IMG/VR virus record: IMGVR_UViG_3300033076_000640
Location: 1 to 42,561 of that record
Strand: one strand, 5' to 3'
Source of the DNA: a virus
Taxonomy: Duplodnaviria > Caudoviricetes
Length of the DNA: 42,561 nucleotides
Below the pieces are notes generated by a model, which worked only from the letters and a program-made list of their open reading frames with translations, was not told the origin of the DNA and did no database searches. Made by a program: the position numbers and the translations under genes. Below are positions 1-8,500 of the stretch, piece after piece (positions within the stretch are counted from its first letter, which is position 1; each line of letters begins with the position of its first letter).

Positions 1-81
1 GTGCTTGACGCTCAGTTTTTCGGAGTTCCACAGCGGCGCCGCCGCGTCTTCGTTATCGGATATCTTGGAGACTGGCGACCA
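1..81 (+). repeat. Terminal direct repeat copy 1 (circular overlap)
   Basis: Matches 42481-42561 at 79 of 81 positions. Confidence 0.95.
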
Positions 82-924
82 CCTGCGGCGGTACTGTTTG
101 AGCGGGAAGGCCTGCGCGGGGATCCTGCGCCGCGCCGACAAGCGGGGGAAAGAGCTGCCCCTACACTTAGCGCGCGCACTAAGGGCGGTGGCGGACTCGG
201 AACGGATTTCGACTGCGACGGCGGGCTCGTCTTCGCTCCCGAGACGTCGCCGGCATTGAAGGCGCGCGATTATAAGGGCCCGTCGAGCGACGGCGACGGC
301 GACGGCGACGGCGCTCCGCTCATCGCTCACGCGCTCCGCGGCGAAGGCTTCGACGCGTCCGAAGGCGGGACCGGGCGGGGGACTCCGCTCGTCCCGTTCG
401 GCGAGCCGATCGGCTTCGATGCTCGGCAAAGCGACGTGCTTATCTACGGCGACAAGACGGGGCCGCTGGATACGGACGGCCATTTGCAGGCGATCGCGTT
501 TGCTCAGAATAGCCGCGACGAGGTGCGGTTGCAGGCCGGCGATGGTCAAATCGTCGGTGCGCTTTCTGCCGAGCCGGGCATGAAGCAAACGACGTATGTC
601 GCCTATGATCTTCGCGGGCGGGAAGGCGGCGCGCAATTCGAAGGGCCGCACGATAGCGCCAACCTTCGCGCATCGTCGGGCGGCTCGAGCCGTAGCTATG
701 TCGCCGCCTCCGCCGTTCGCCGTCTCACGCCGCGCGAATGCGAGCGGCTGCAGGGCTTTCCCGACGATTGGACGCTCGTCCCGGTGCGCGGCAAGCCGGC
801 CGCGGACGGGCCTCGCTACAAGGCCTGCGGCAACAGCATGGCGGTCCCGGTGATGCGCTGGATCGGCGAGCGGATCGCGCTGGTCGACTCCATACTGGCG
901 CAGGTGCGGAAGGACGCCGCATGA
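1..924 (+). CDS. DNA (cytosine-5)-methyltransferase, C-terminal part (continues from 41986 across the junction)
   Basis: Motif VIII (GVPQRRRRVF), long variable region, motif IX (RRLTPRECERLQGFPD), motif X (RYKACGNSMAVPV). Confidence 0.93.
   Translation: MLDAQFFGVPQRRRRVFVIGYLGDWRPPAAVLFEREGLRGDPAPRRQAGERAAPTLSARTKGGGGLGTDFDCDGGLVFAPETSPALKARDYKGPSSDGDGDGDGAPLIAHALRGEGFDASEGGTGRGTPLVPFGEPIGFDARQSDVLIYGDKTGPLDTDGHLQAIAFAQNSRDEVRLQAGDGQIVGALSAEPGMKQTTYVAYDLRGREGGAQFEGPHDSANLRASSGGSSRSYVAASAVRRLTPRECERLQGFPDDWTLVPVRGKPAADGPRYKACGNSMAVPVMRWIGERIALVDSILAQVRKDAA
2..259 (+). CDS. C-terminal part of +1-frame ORF nested in the methyltransferase gene (starts at 42161)
   Basis: Stop-free frame from ATG 42161 across the junction; contains SSLSDILETGD...YCLSGKACAGILRRADKRGKELP. 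Confidence 0.6.
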   Translation, partial: CLTLSFSEFHSGAAASSLSDILETGDHLRRYCLSGKACAGILRRADKRGKELPLHLARALRAVADSERISTATAGSSSLPRRRRH

Positions 925-1292
925 CCGCCCAGCAACCCCACCGCGACCCCAACGCCCGCACGCTCGCGACCTACCGCGCGCAGGTCAAAGCCTATGTCGA
1001 CGAAACCCTGCGCGACGAAGCCGACCCGCATGTCTGGCAGCAGTTCCGCGAGCAGCTGGCGCGGCTGGGGCGCGACCTCACGCCGGGTGCGTTCCTGGGG
1101 TGGCTCAGGGCGTCCCGGGTGCCGCTGCAGCCCGTCAACGTGCGCTACATCGCGCTGCGCATGATCGGCGCGCGGCAGGACCGCATCCGTGTGTCGCGGG
1201 GGCTGGACGAGCTCGATTGCCCGCTGCCGGTGGAGTTGGGCGGGGCGGACTCGGTGCTGCACCGGGCGAAGCAGATTTTGGGGGTGCGGTGA
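921..1292 (+). CDS. Hypothetical protein
   Basis: ATGA coupling to the methyltransferase stop and TGATG coupling to the next gene; start trimmed to MTAQQPH. Confidence 0.75.
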   Translation: MTAQQPHRDPNARTLATYRAQVKAYVDETLRDEADPHVWQQFREQLARLGRDLTPGAFLGWLRASRVPLQPVNVRYIALRMIGARQDRIRVSRGLDELDCPLPVELGGADSVLHRAKQILGVR

Positions 1293-1927
1293 TGCGCCTC
1301 TACGCGTCCATGACCACAACCAAGCGCAATCGCGCCGCACTGAAGGCGCACGGTTGGCGCTGGCTGATTACGCCGGACAGCCGCACGCGCGACACGGGCG
1401 GAATGCCCTACGCGATCGACAACGGTAAATGGGGCGCGTTCAACAGTGGTACGCCTTGGAACGAGCAGGCGTTCGTGGCGCTCGTTGCGGAAATGGGCGC
1501 TGGTGCCGACTGGATGGTCGTGCCGGACATTGTCGGCGGCGGCCTCGACAGCCTCGCTCTGACTATCGACTGGCTTCCGCGCCTGCGGGCGTTGGTTCCG
1601 GACGGGCTGCTGCTGATCGCCGTGCAGGACGGCATGACGCCGGGCGATGTGCGGCCCCTGCTGACGTCCGGTGTCGGGTTGTTCGTCGGCGGCACGACGG
1701 ACTGGAAACTGCAGACGCTGTCGCAGTGGGCAGACCTGGCGCATGACGTCGGCGTCTACATTCACTGCGGGCGCGTAAACAGCGCACGGCGCATGCATCT
1801 CTGCATCGCGGCCGGCGTCGACAGCGTCGATGGAACGTCCGCGTCGATCTACGCGGTGACGTGCCCGGAACTGACACGCGCGGCGTCGCAAACCGACATT
1901 GAAGGCTATCTGCGGAGGGCGGCATGA
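1292..1927 (+). CDS. TGT/DpdA-like (queuine tRNA-ribosyltransferase fold) protein
   Basis: Ordered motifs AIDNG, VPDIVG, VQDG, FVGG, HCGRVN and DSVDGTS parallel the TGT/DpdA barrel motifs. Confidence 0.65.
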   Translation: MRLYASMTTTKRNRAALKAHGWRWLITPDSRTRDTGGMPYAIDNGKWGAFNSGTPWNEQAFVALVAEMGAGADWMVVPDIVGGGLDSLALTIDWLPRLRALVPDGLLLIAVQDGMTPGDVRPLLTSGVGLFVGGTTDWKLQTLSQWADLAHDVGVYIHCGRVNSARRMHLCIAAGVDSVDGTSASIYAVTCPELTRAASQTDIEGYLRRAA

Positions 1928-2124
1928 CACCGGCTGAAGCCGCGGCATGGGCGCGCGTGATGGTGGCGGAAAAGTCCGGCCACGCAGCGCACCTCGCGTT
2001 CGACGAAAAGTGCATCGAAGTCTTGCACGCCGCTGGTTATGGCGAGTTCGCGGACATTTTCGAGCGGGCCGTCGCTGGTTGGCATGATGGATCGCGGCCG
2101 TACCCGCTGGCGGGGGTGCGGTAG
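1924..2124 (+). CDS. Hypothetical protein
   Basis: ATGA overlap with the upstream stop; GGAGG SD. Confidence 0.7.
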   Translation: MTPAEAAAWARVMVAEKSGHAAHLAFDEKCIEVLHAAGYGEFADIFERAVAGWHDGSRPYPLAGVR

Positions 2125-2466
2125 ATGAACGCGCAGGCTCCCATCACGCCGGCAGACAGGCTTACGCGCTTTTTCAGCCATGAGCCCGCGGACAAGCTCG
2201 CGCTGCGCCGCAAGCTCGCGGTCGCGCAGTCAGTGGCCACGCGCCGCTGCGGCGACCTGCGCGGCATGGACACCGACGCGCGTGAGATCTGGTCGATGCT
2301 GCTGCGCTGCGCTGCCGAGAACGCGCACCGCGGGGATGCGACGCAGGCAGAGCTCGCGGCCGCGCACAGGGCGTGCGTCGCGCTGCTGGAGGCGGGCAGG
2401 GCGCTCGACGCGCTGAACGAGGCTTACGCGGCGGCCTACGCAGCGCAGGAGCCGCAACCGGCATGA
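2125..2466 (+). CDS. Hypothetical helical protein
   Basis: Abuts the upstream stop; ATGA-coupled to the helicase. Confidence 0.7.
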   Translation: MNAQAPITPADRLTRFFSHEPADKLALRRKLAVAQSVATRRCGDLRGMDTDAREIWSMLLRCAAENAHRGDATQAELAAAHRACVALLEAGRALDALNEAYAAAYAAQEPQPA

Positions 2467-3929
2467 TGGGGGATGACAACATGGGCGAGATGACGGAGCG
2501 CGACTGGCAGCGGTTGCTGGACGACGCACCTCCGCCGCCGCCCGGAGCCGTCATCGACGACGACATGCCGAGCAACGTCGTGAACCTGCCGAACATGGCC
2601 GGCGGTGAGCCTGCGCACGGGCTCGAGGATGCGATCGCGGTCGCGTTCACGAACAAGTACCGCGATCAGCTGCGGTTCGATCACGACGCGAACGCCTGGT
2701 ATCAATGGACGCAGACGCGCTGGCTCAAGCTGAAGGTGCCGGTTGCATTCCAGTTCGCTCGCGAAATCGGCCGCAATCAGGCACGCGAGCAGAAGTCGGC
2801 ATTCAAGGCGTCGACCGCCGGCGGCGCCGAACGCTTCGCCCGCGCCGACCCCGCGCATCGCTGCACCGCGGACATCTGGGACCGCGATCCGATGCTGCTT
2901 GGGACACCGAAGGGCACGATCGACCTCAGGAACGCGAAGCTGCGCATCGCCAGCCCGGCCGACAACATCACGAAGCTGACCGGCTGCGATCCGTCATCGA
3001 AGAGCCCGACGCGCTGGCTCGAGTTCCTGTCCGACGCGACCGGCGGCGATGAAGAGACGATCGGCTATCTCCAGCGCGTCTGCGGCTACTGCCTGACCGG
3101 CCTCGTCTCCGAGCATGCGCTGTTCTTCATCTACGGGCCCGGCGGCAATGGGAAGTCGGTGTTCCTCAACGTGCTGAAGCATGTGCTCGGCGACTATGCT
3201 GCGACGGCCGCGATGGAGACGTTCGTCTCGCAGAAGTACAGCGGCCATCCGACCGAGCTTGCCATGCTGCAGGGCGCGCGCGGCGTGTTCGCCTCGGAGA
3301 CCGAGGAAGGTCGCGCCTGGGCTGAAGCCCGCATCAAGGCGCTGACCGGCGGCGACCCTATCACCGCGCGCTTCATGCGGCAGGACTTCTTCACCTTCCA
3401 GCCGCAGTTCAAGCTGCTGATCGTCGGCAATCACCAGCCTGCGCTCAACAACGTCGACGACGCCATGCGCCGGCGCTTCCACATCATCCCCTTCACTCGC
3501 AAGCCCGAGCGGCCCGACCCGATGCTCGAGGAGAAGCTGAAGGAGGAAGCGCCGCAGATCCTCGGCTGGATGATCCGCGGCTGCATCGAATGGCAGCGTG
3601 AAGGCTTGCAGAAGCCGGCCGCCGTCGATGCGGCGACCGACAAGTATTTCACCGAGCAGGACGTGTTCTCGCAGTTCCTCGACGAGCGCTGCCGGGTCGA
3701 GGCTGACAACAGCTACCTGTTTACGCCGACGCAGAAGCTCTTCAAGGCCTGGACAGCCTTCGCAGCCGAGGTCGGCGCCCGCGCCGGCGACCTGAAGTCC
3801 TTCACGCCGCGCCTCGAGCAGCAGCGGCTCAACCGCGGTCGCGTCCGTGTCGGCGGCGGCAATCCGCAGAGCGGGTTCTACGGCATCCAACTCATCTCCG
3901 AGCCGGATTGGAGCGGCGGTGATCGGTAG
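2463..3929 (+). CDS. P4/D5-family SF3 replicative helicase (D5_N + helicase; no primase domain seen)
   Basis: D5_N-like region (FDHDANAWYQW...DRDPMLLGTPKGTIDL), Walker A GPGGNGKS, ASETE, IKALTGGDPITARF, GNHQP, DAMRRRF. Confidence 0.92.
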   Translation: MMGDDNMGEMTERDWQRLLDDAPPPPPGAVIDDDMPSNVVNLPNMAGGEPAHGLEDAIAVAFTNKYRDQLRFDHDANAWYQWTQTRWLKLKVPVAFQFAREIGRNQAREQKSAFKASTAGGAERFARADPAHRCTADIWDRDPMLLGTPKGTIDLRNAKLRIASPADNITKLTGCDPSSKSPTRWLEFLSDATGGDEETIGYLQRVCGYCLTGLVSEHALFFIYGPGGNGKSVFLNVLKHVLGDYAATAAMETFVSQKYSGHPTELAMLQGARGVFASETEEGRAWAEARIKALTGGDPITARFMRQDFFTFQPQFKLLIVGNHQPALNNVDDAMRRRFHIIPFTRKPERPDPMLEEKLKEEAPQILGWMIRGCIEWQREGLQKPAAVDAATDKYFTEQDVFSQFLDERCRVEADNSYLFTPTQKLFKAWTAFAAEVGARAGDLKSFTPRLEQQRLNRGRVRVGGGNPQSGFYGIQLISEPDWSGGDR

Positions 3930-3930
3930 T

Positions 3931-4045
3931 TCTGTGCACCCTGTGCAGCCTGTGCACCACTTTCCATATAGCTTTCACGTGCGCGCACGCGCGCGCCATG
4001 AGGTTATAACGGAAACACCCTGCACACCCTGCACAGCCTGCACAG
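3931..4045. repeat. Putative replication origin: inverted iteron arrays
   Basis: TGTGCA x3 (3933, 3942, 3951) faces TGCACA x3 (4021, 4030, 4039), both with 9-bp period, directly downstream of the helicase. Confidence 0.75.
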
Positions 4046-4070
4046 ACGGTTTCAGCAGGAGCGGGCGGGC

Positions 4071-4274
4071 ATGAGCAAGCGAGGCAGGCCGAAGGGCGCG
4101 ATCACGACACGCAGGGCGCAGGTGCTCGAGCGGTATCTGGAAGCAGCAGAGGCGGGCGAGCGCATCAACCGATCGCGGATGGCGCGCGAATGCCAGTTGG
4201 GCAGCTATCGCAATGTCAGCCGCATCCTGCGAGACCTGAGCCGGCTCGGGCTCATTGCGCAGCCGAATTATTGA
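4071..4274 (+). CDS. Small (winged) HTH DNA-binding protein, possible late regulator
   Basis: KRGRPKG basic motif, then HTH-like RSRMARECQLGSYRNVSRILRDLSRLGLI; precedes terS. Confidence 0.7.
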   Translation: MSKRGRPKGAITTRRAQVLERYLEAAEAGERINRSRMARECQLGSYRNVSRILRDLSRLGLIAQPNY

Positions 4275-4317
4275 GACATGCACGCGGGCCGTTTCGTGCT
4301 GTACATGGTCTGCCGTC

Positions 4318-4776
4318 ATGGCGCGGCAGACAGGCAAAGCCGATACAGCGAGGACGTCCGGAGGCTTTGATCCGGGCGTCGAAGCGCGTGCCGGCCCGGG
4401 CCGTCCAAGCAAGTACAATCCAGCCTATTGCAATGAAGTCATCGCGGCTGGCGCTGAAGGGCTGAGCCTCACGGCGTTCGCTGGAATGATTGGCGTGGCC
4501 CGCTCAACCATCAACGAATGGATGGGCGAGCATCCAGAATTTTCGGAAGCGGTAAAGGTTCACGCCGCCAAGCGTACGCTCTGCCTCGAGCAAGGCCTTC
4601 TCTCGTCCGACGTCGGGCCGCGCGTCACGGCTCGCATCTTCGCGCTGAAGAACGCCGCGCCTGACGAGTGGAAGGACAAGGTTGATCACGGGCATGACGT
4701 GTCCGACAATCTCGCGGCCGTCATGGCTCGCATCGACGGTCGCACCCGCTCAATTGCGCCGGGCAGCGACCAGTGA
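4318..4776 (+). CDS. terS: Terminase small subunit
   Basis: GRPSKY motif followed by an HTH (GVARSTINEW..EHPEF) and IFALKN; GTGA-coupled to terL. Confidence 0.85.
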   Translation: MARQTGKADTARTSGGFDPGVEARAGPGRPSKYNPAYCNEVIAAGAEGLSLTAFAGMIGVARSTINEWMGEHPEFSEAVKVHAAKRTLCLEQGLLSSDVGPRVTARIFALKNAAPDEWKDKVDHGHDVSDNLAAVMARIDGRTRSIAPGSDQ

Positions 4777-6299
4777 CCGCCACACTCGCCGCCGCAGAAG
4801 ATCGGTTCAGCGACCGCGCCTGGCGGCTGAACAACCTCTACAAGATCAAGGACAAGTCCGGCGTCGCGGTGCCGTTCCGCATGAACGCAGCGCAGGAGCA
4901 ACTGCTTGCGGACCTCTGGTATCTCAACCTGATCCTGAAGGCGCGCCAGCTTGGCTTTACGACCTTCATCCAGATCCTGATGCTCGACGCCTGCCTGTTC
5001 AACTCAAACACGTCGGCCGGCGTCATTGCGCACACTCGAGAGGATGCCGAGGCGTTCTTCGGCGACAAGATCAAGTTTGCCTATGACCACCTTGATCCCG
5101 AGATCAAGGCAACCGTCCGCGCGACGCAGGACAGTGCCAAGTCGCTGACCTTCTCCAACGGCTCCAAGATCCGCGTCGGCACGTCGCTGCGATCGGGTAC
5201 GTTCCAGTGGCTGCACGTCTCCGAGTTCGGAAAGATCGCGGCTCGTTTCCCTGCGAAAGCAAAGGAGATCGTTACCGGCGCCTTTAACACGGTGCAGGCC
5301 GGGCAGTTCATCGCCGTGGAATCGACCGCCGAAGGGCAGGGCGGTGACTTCCACGACATGGTGATGGCGGCCAAGCGGGCGCGCGAGGAAGGGCGGCAGC
5401 TGACACCGCTGGACTTCAAGCTGCACTTCTTCCCGTGGTGGCAGGACAAGACCTACGCACTGTCCGACGACGACACGGCCCGCGTCACGCTGACGACGGA
5501 AGACAACCGCTACTTCGACAAGCTGTCCGACCTCGGCATCGAACTGAGTCCCAACCAGGAGGCTTGGTACGTCAAGAAGCGCGCGCAGCAGCGCGACGAC
5601 ATGAAGCGCGAGTATCCATCAACGGAAGACGAAGCATTCGAGGCGTCGGTCGAGGGCGCGTACCTTGTCGAGCAGATGCGCAAGGTGCGCCGGGAGGGCC
5701 GCATCTGTCGCGTGCCGATCGAGCGCGTGCCGGTCGATACGTTCTGGGACTTGGGCGTCAACGACGACATGGTGATCTGGTTCAGGCAGCGCATCGGGCC
5801 TGAGCATCGCTACATCGACTACTACGCCAACTCAGGCGAGGGCCTCGAGCATTACGCCCGCATCCTGAAGGAAAAGGCCGACGAGCACGGCTGGGTCTAC
5901 GGCACGCACCACATGCCGCACGACGCGGACGCGCGGCGGCTCGGGCTGAAGGCGAAGTCGGTTCGCGAACTGGCGATCGAGATCGGCATCAAGCCGGTCG
6001 TGGTCGTGCCGCGCATCTCGTCCGAGCAGGCCGGCATCGAAGCCATGCGCGGATATCTGGCGCGCTGCTGGTTCGACGAACGCCGCTGCGCCGACGGCAT
6101 CAAGTGCCTCGATAACTACCGCAAGGAATGGGACGACGACCGCGGGGTCTGGAAGGACCGGCCGCGTCACGATTGGGCATCGCATGGCTACAAGGCGCTG
6201 GAGACGGCAGCCGTAGCGCGCGAGCCCATCGACTCCTTCGACGACGACGAAGACGACTGGAGGCGCGACAGTGGACGTGATGCTCGAACCGGGTACTGA
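4773..6299 (+). CDS. terL: Terminase large subunit
   Basis: LKARQLGFTT Walker A, LHVSE Walker B, ESTAEG coupling motif, WDLG and PHD nuclease motifs, HDWASH. Confidence 0.95.
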   Translation: MTATLAAAEDRFSDRAWRLNNLYKIKDKSGVAVPFRMNAAQEQLLADLWYLNLILKARQLGFTTFIQILMLDACLFNSNTSAGVIAHTREDAEAFFGDKIKFAYDHLDPEIKATVRATQDSAKSLTFSNGSKIRVGTSLRSGTFQWLHVSEFGKIAARFPAKAKEIVTGAFNTVQAGQFIAVESTAEGQGGDFHDMVMAAKRAREEGRQLTPLDFKLHFFPWWQDKTYALSDDDTARVTLTTEDNRYFDKLSDLGIELSPNQEAWYVKKRAQQRDDMKREYPSTEDEAFEASVEGAYLVEQMRKVRREGRICRVPIERVPVDTFWDLGVNDDMVIWFRQRIGPEHRYIDYYANSGEGLEHYARILKEKADEHGWVYGTHHMPHDADARRLGLKAKSVRELAIEIGIKPVVVVPRISSEQAGIEAMRGYLARCWFDERRCADGIKCLDNYRKEWDDDRGVWKDRPRHDWASHGYKALETAAVAREPIDSFDDDEDDWRRDSGRDARTGY

Positions 6300-8460
6300 G
6301 GCCGAAGCCCCTGAAGGCCCGGCCGCGCTCGCCCTGGCGCCGTTCCTCGACGCAGACAACATCTGCGACATCCTCGACGACGGGGAGGTCATGAAGATCG
6401 GCCAACTGGCGCAGCGGGACTATGACACCGACGTAAGCAGCCGCAGCGACTGGCTCGCCAAGTACAAGCGCGCGATGGACGTCGCGATGCAGGTCAGGGA
6501 AGACAAGAACTTCCCGTGGGCCAAGGCGTCGAACATAAAGTATCCGCTGCTCACGACGAGCGCGATCCAGTTTCAAGCGCGCGCGTACCCTGCGATCGTC
6601 GACGGGCAGATGCTGGTCAAGGGCAAGGTGCTCGGGCCGGACGAGGGCGTGCCGGCGGTTGACGCGCAAGGGCAGCAGATCACGAACGCGCAGGGCCAGC
6701 CGCTGTGGAAGCAGCCGCCGGGCGCCAAGCGGGCGCGCGCCGACCGCATGGGCGCGCATATGTCGTGGCAGCTGCTCTACGACATGCCGCAGTGGGAGGA
6801 AGAGACCGACCGCCTGCTGCTGATGCTGCCGATCGTCGGCTGCGTGTTCCGCAAGACCTATTACGACGCGATCGAGAAGCGCCCGATGTCGGTGCTGGTC
6901 AGCGCCGAAGACTTCTTCGTCAACTACCGCACGACGTCGCTGCGGGATGCGCCCGTCCAGTCGCACCGCTTCTGCCTCTATCCGCACGAGATTGAGGAGC
7001 GAGTCCGCGCCGGTCTGTGGCGACCGACGTACACGCGCAAGCCGGACGACGATTCCCAGCAGATCGAGTTTGTCGAGCAGCAGCGGCGCATCGACCTGGA
7101 CGGCGACGGCTATGCCGAGCCCTACATCGTGACCTTCTGCGTCGACGGCGGCTGCGAGGGCTCGAACGTTGCGCGCATCGTGGCGAACTACACCGCAGAA
7201 GACGTCGAGCTCACCGACGACGGCGCAGTGCTGCGCATCAAGCCGGCGATGCACATCGTCAAGTACGGCTTCATCCCGGCGCCCGATGGCTCGTTCTACG
7301 ACATCGGCTTCGGGTTCCTGCTCGACGACCTGTCGTCGGCGGTGTCGTCAATCCTCAACCAGTCGATCGACGCCGGCACGCTGCAGAACGCGCAGGGCGG
7401 CTTCATCGGCTCGGCGGTCAACATCCGCGGCGGGTCGATGTCGTTCACGCTGGGCGAGTGGAAGCGCGTCGACACGGGCGGCCTGAACCTGCGCGAGAAC
7501 ATCGTGCCGCTGAACCTGCCGGGTCCGTCGGGCGTGCAACTGAACATGCTCGAGCTGCTGATCGGCGCGGCGAAGGAAATCACGTCGGTGCAGGACATCA
7601 TGACCGGCGACGCGACAAGCGCCTCGACGCCGGTTGGTACGGTCTACGCGATGATCGAGCAGGGCATGAAGGTCATGACCTCGATCTTCAAGCGCATTCA
7701 CCGCTCGTTCGGGCACGAACTGCGGATGCTGCGGCGGCTCAACCGCCTGCACCTCGACGAGCGCGTGTATTTCGAACTGAACGACACGCCCGGGCTGGTC
7801 GAGCGCGCCGACTACGAGGATGACGGCCTCGACGTCATGCCGGTCAGTGACCCGTCACAGGCGACCGACCTGCAGAAGATGGCGCGGGCGCAATACCTCG
7901 GCATGTTCCGCGGCGATCCTAACGTCAACCAGCGCGAACTGACGCTGCGGCAGCTGGAGGCGGGCGGCGTGCCCGACATTCCCAAGCTGATGCAGGTTGG
8001 CGAGCCGGCGCCCGATCCGCGCGTGCTGCTCGACGGCATGAAGCAGGCGAACGACCGCATGCGGGCGAAGGCGGAAGTGCGCGCATCCGACGCGAAGGTC
8101 GCCGCCGACCTGGCGAATGCCGCCAAGACGCTGGCGGAGGCTGGCGCGACGCTCGGCAACCTCGGGCTGATCCAGTTCGGGCAGGATCTCGCGACGATCG
8201 CGGAAGACACGATGCGGCAGGTCGCGGCCGCACAGGCAGAGGAAGAGACCGATGAAGACCACGGCGGAGAGGCACCCGACGGAGGCGGAATGGCAGGAAT
8301 GGCTGGACCATCCGGTGACGTCGGCATTCCGGGCGCTGATGCGGGACCGGCGGGCGGACCTGCAGGAGCGCTGGGCGAAGGGCCATTTGTCGCCCTCCCA
8401 GCCGGTGGACCAGGTGGAATCGATGGTGCTGGCGCGGCTCAGCCACCCCTCATGGGCTGA
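6271..8460 (+). CDS. Portal protein
   Basis: Follows terL; about 729 aa; FPWAKASNIKYPLL and LPIVGCVFRKTYYD segments typical of podovirus portals; GGAGG SD before the GTG. Confidence 0.88.
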   Translation: MDVMLEPGTEAEAPEGPAALALAPFLDADNICDILDDGEVMKIGQLAQRDYDTDVSSRSDWLAKYKRAMDVAMQVREDKNFPWAKASNIKYPLLTTSAIQFQARAYPAIVDGQMLVKGKVLGPDEGVPAVDAQGQQITNAQGQPLWKQPPGAKRARADRMGAHMSWQLLYDMPQWEEETDRLLLMLPIVGCVFRKTYYDAIEKRPMSVLVSAEDFFVNYRTTSLRDAPVQSHRFCLYPHEIEERVRAGLWRPTYTRKPDDDSQQIEFVEQQRRIDLDGDGYAEPYIVTFCVDGGCEGSNVARIVANYTAEDVELTDDGAVLRIKPAMHIVKYGFIPAPDGSFYDIGFGFLLDDLSSAVSSILNQSIDAGTLQNAQGGFIGSAVNIRGGSMSFTLGEWKRVDTGGLNLRENIVPLNLPGPSGVQLNMLELLIGAAKEITSVQDIMTGDATSASTPVGTVYAMIEQGMKVMTSIFKRIHRSFGHELRMLRRLNRLHLDERVYFELNDTPGLVERADYEDDGLDVMPVSDPSQATDLQKMARAQYLGMFRGDPNVNQRELTLRQLEAGGVPDIPKLMQVGEPAPDPRVLLDGMKQANDRMRAKAEVRASDAKVAADLANAAKTLAEAGATLGNLGLIQFGQDLATIAEDTMRQVAAAQAEEETDEDHGGEAPDGGGMAGMAGPSGDVGIPGADAGPAGGPAGALGEGPFVALPAGGPGGIDGAGAAQPPLMG

Positions 8461-8500
8461 GTACGCGGAGTTCTATGAACTGACGGAGCAGAAGGCATGA
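8252..8500 (+). CDS. Small protein overprinted on the portal 3' end
   Basis: Purine-rich SD; protein-like sequence (EWQEWLDHPVTSAFR); stop is ATGA-coupled to groES. Confidence 0.65.
   Translation: MKTTAERHPTEAEWQEWLDHPVTSAFRALMRDRRADLQERWAKGHLSPSQPVDQVESMVLARLSHPSWAEYAEFYELTEQKA

Noticed and set aside
289-312. (GACGGC)x4 as a phase-variation tract
   Set aside because: The 6-nt unit preserves frame and only encodes DGDGDGDG in the variable region.
3931-4045. CRISPR or mini-array
   Set aside because: The repeats are 6-9 bp with no spacers, and no cas genes are present.
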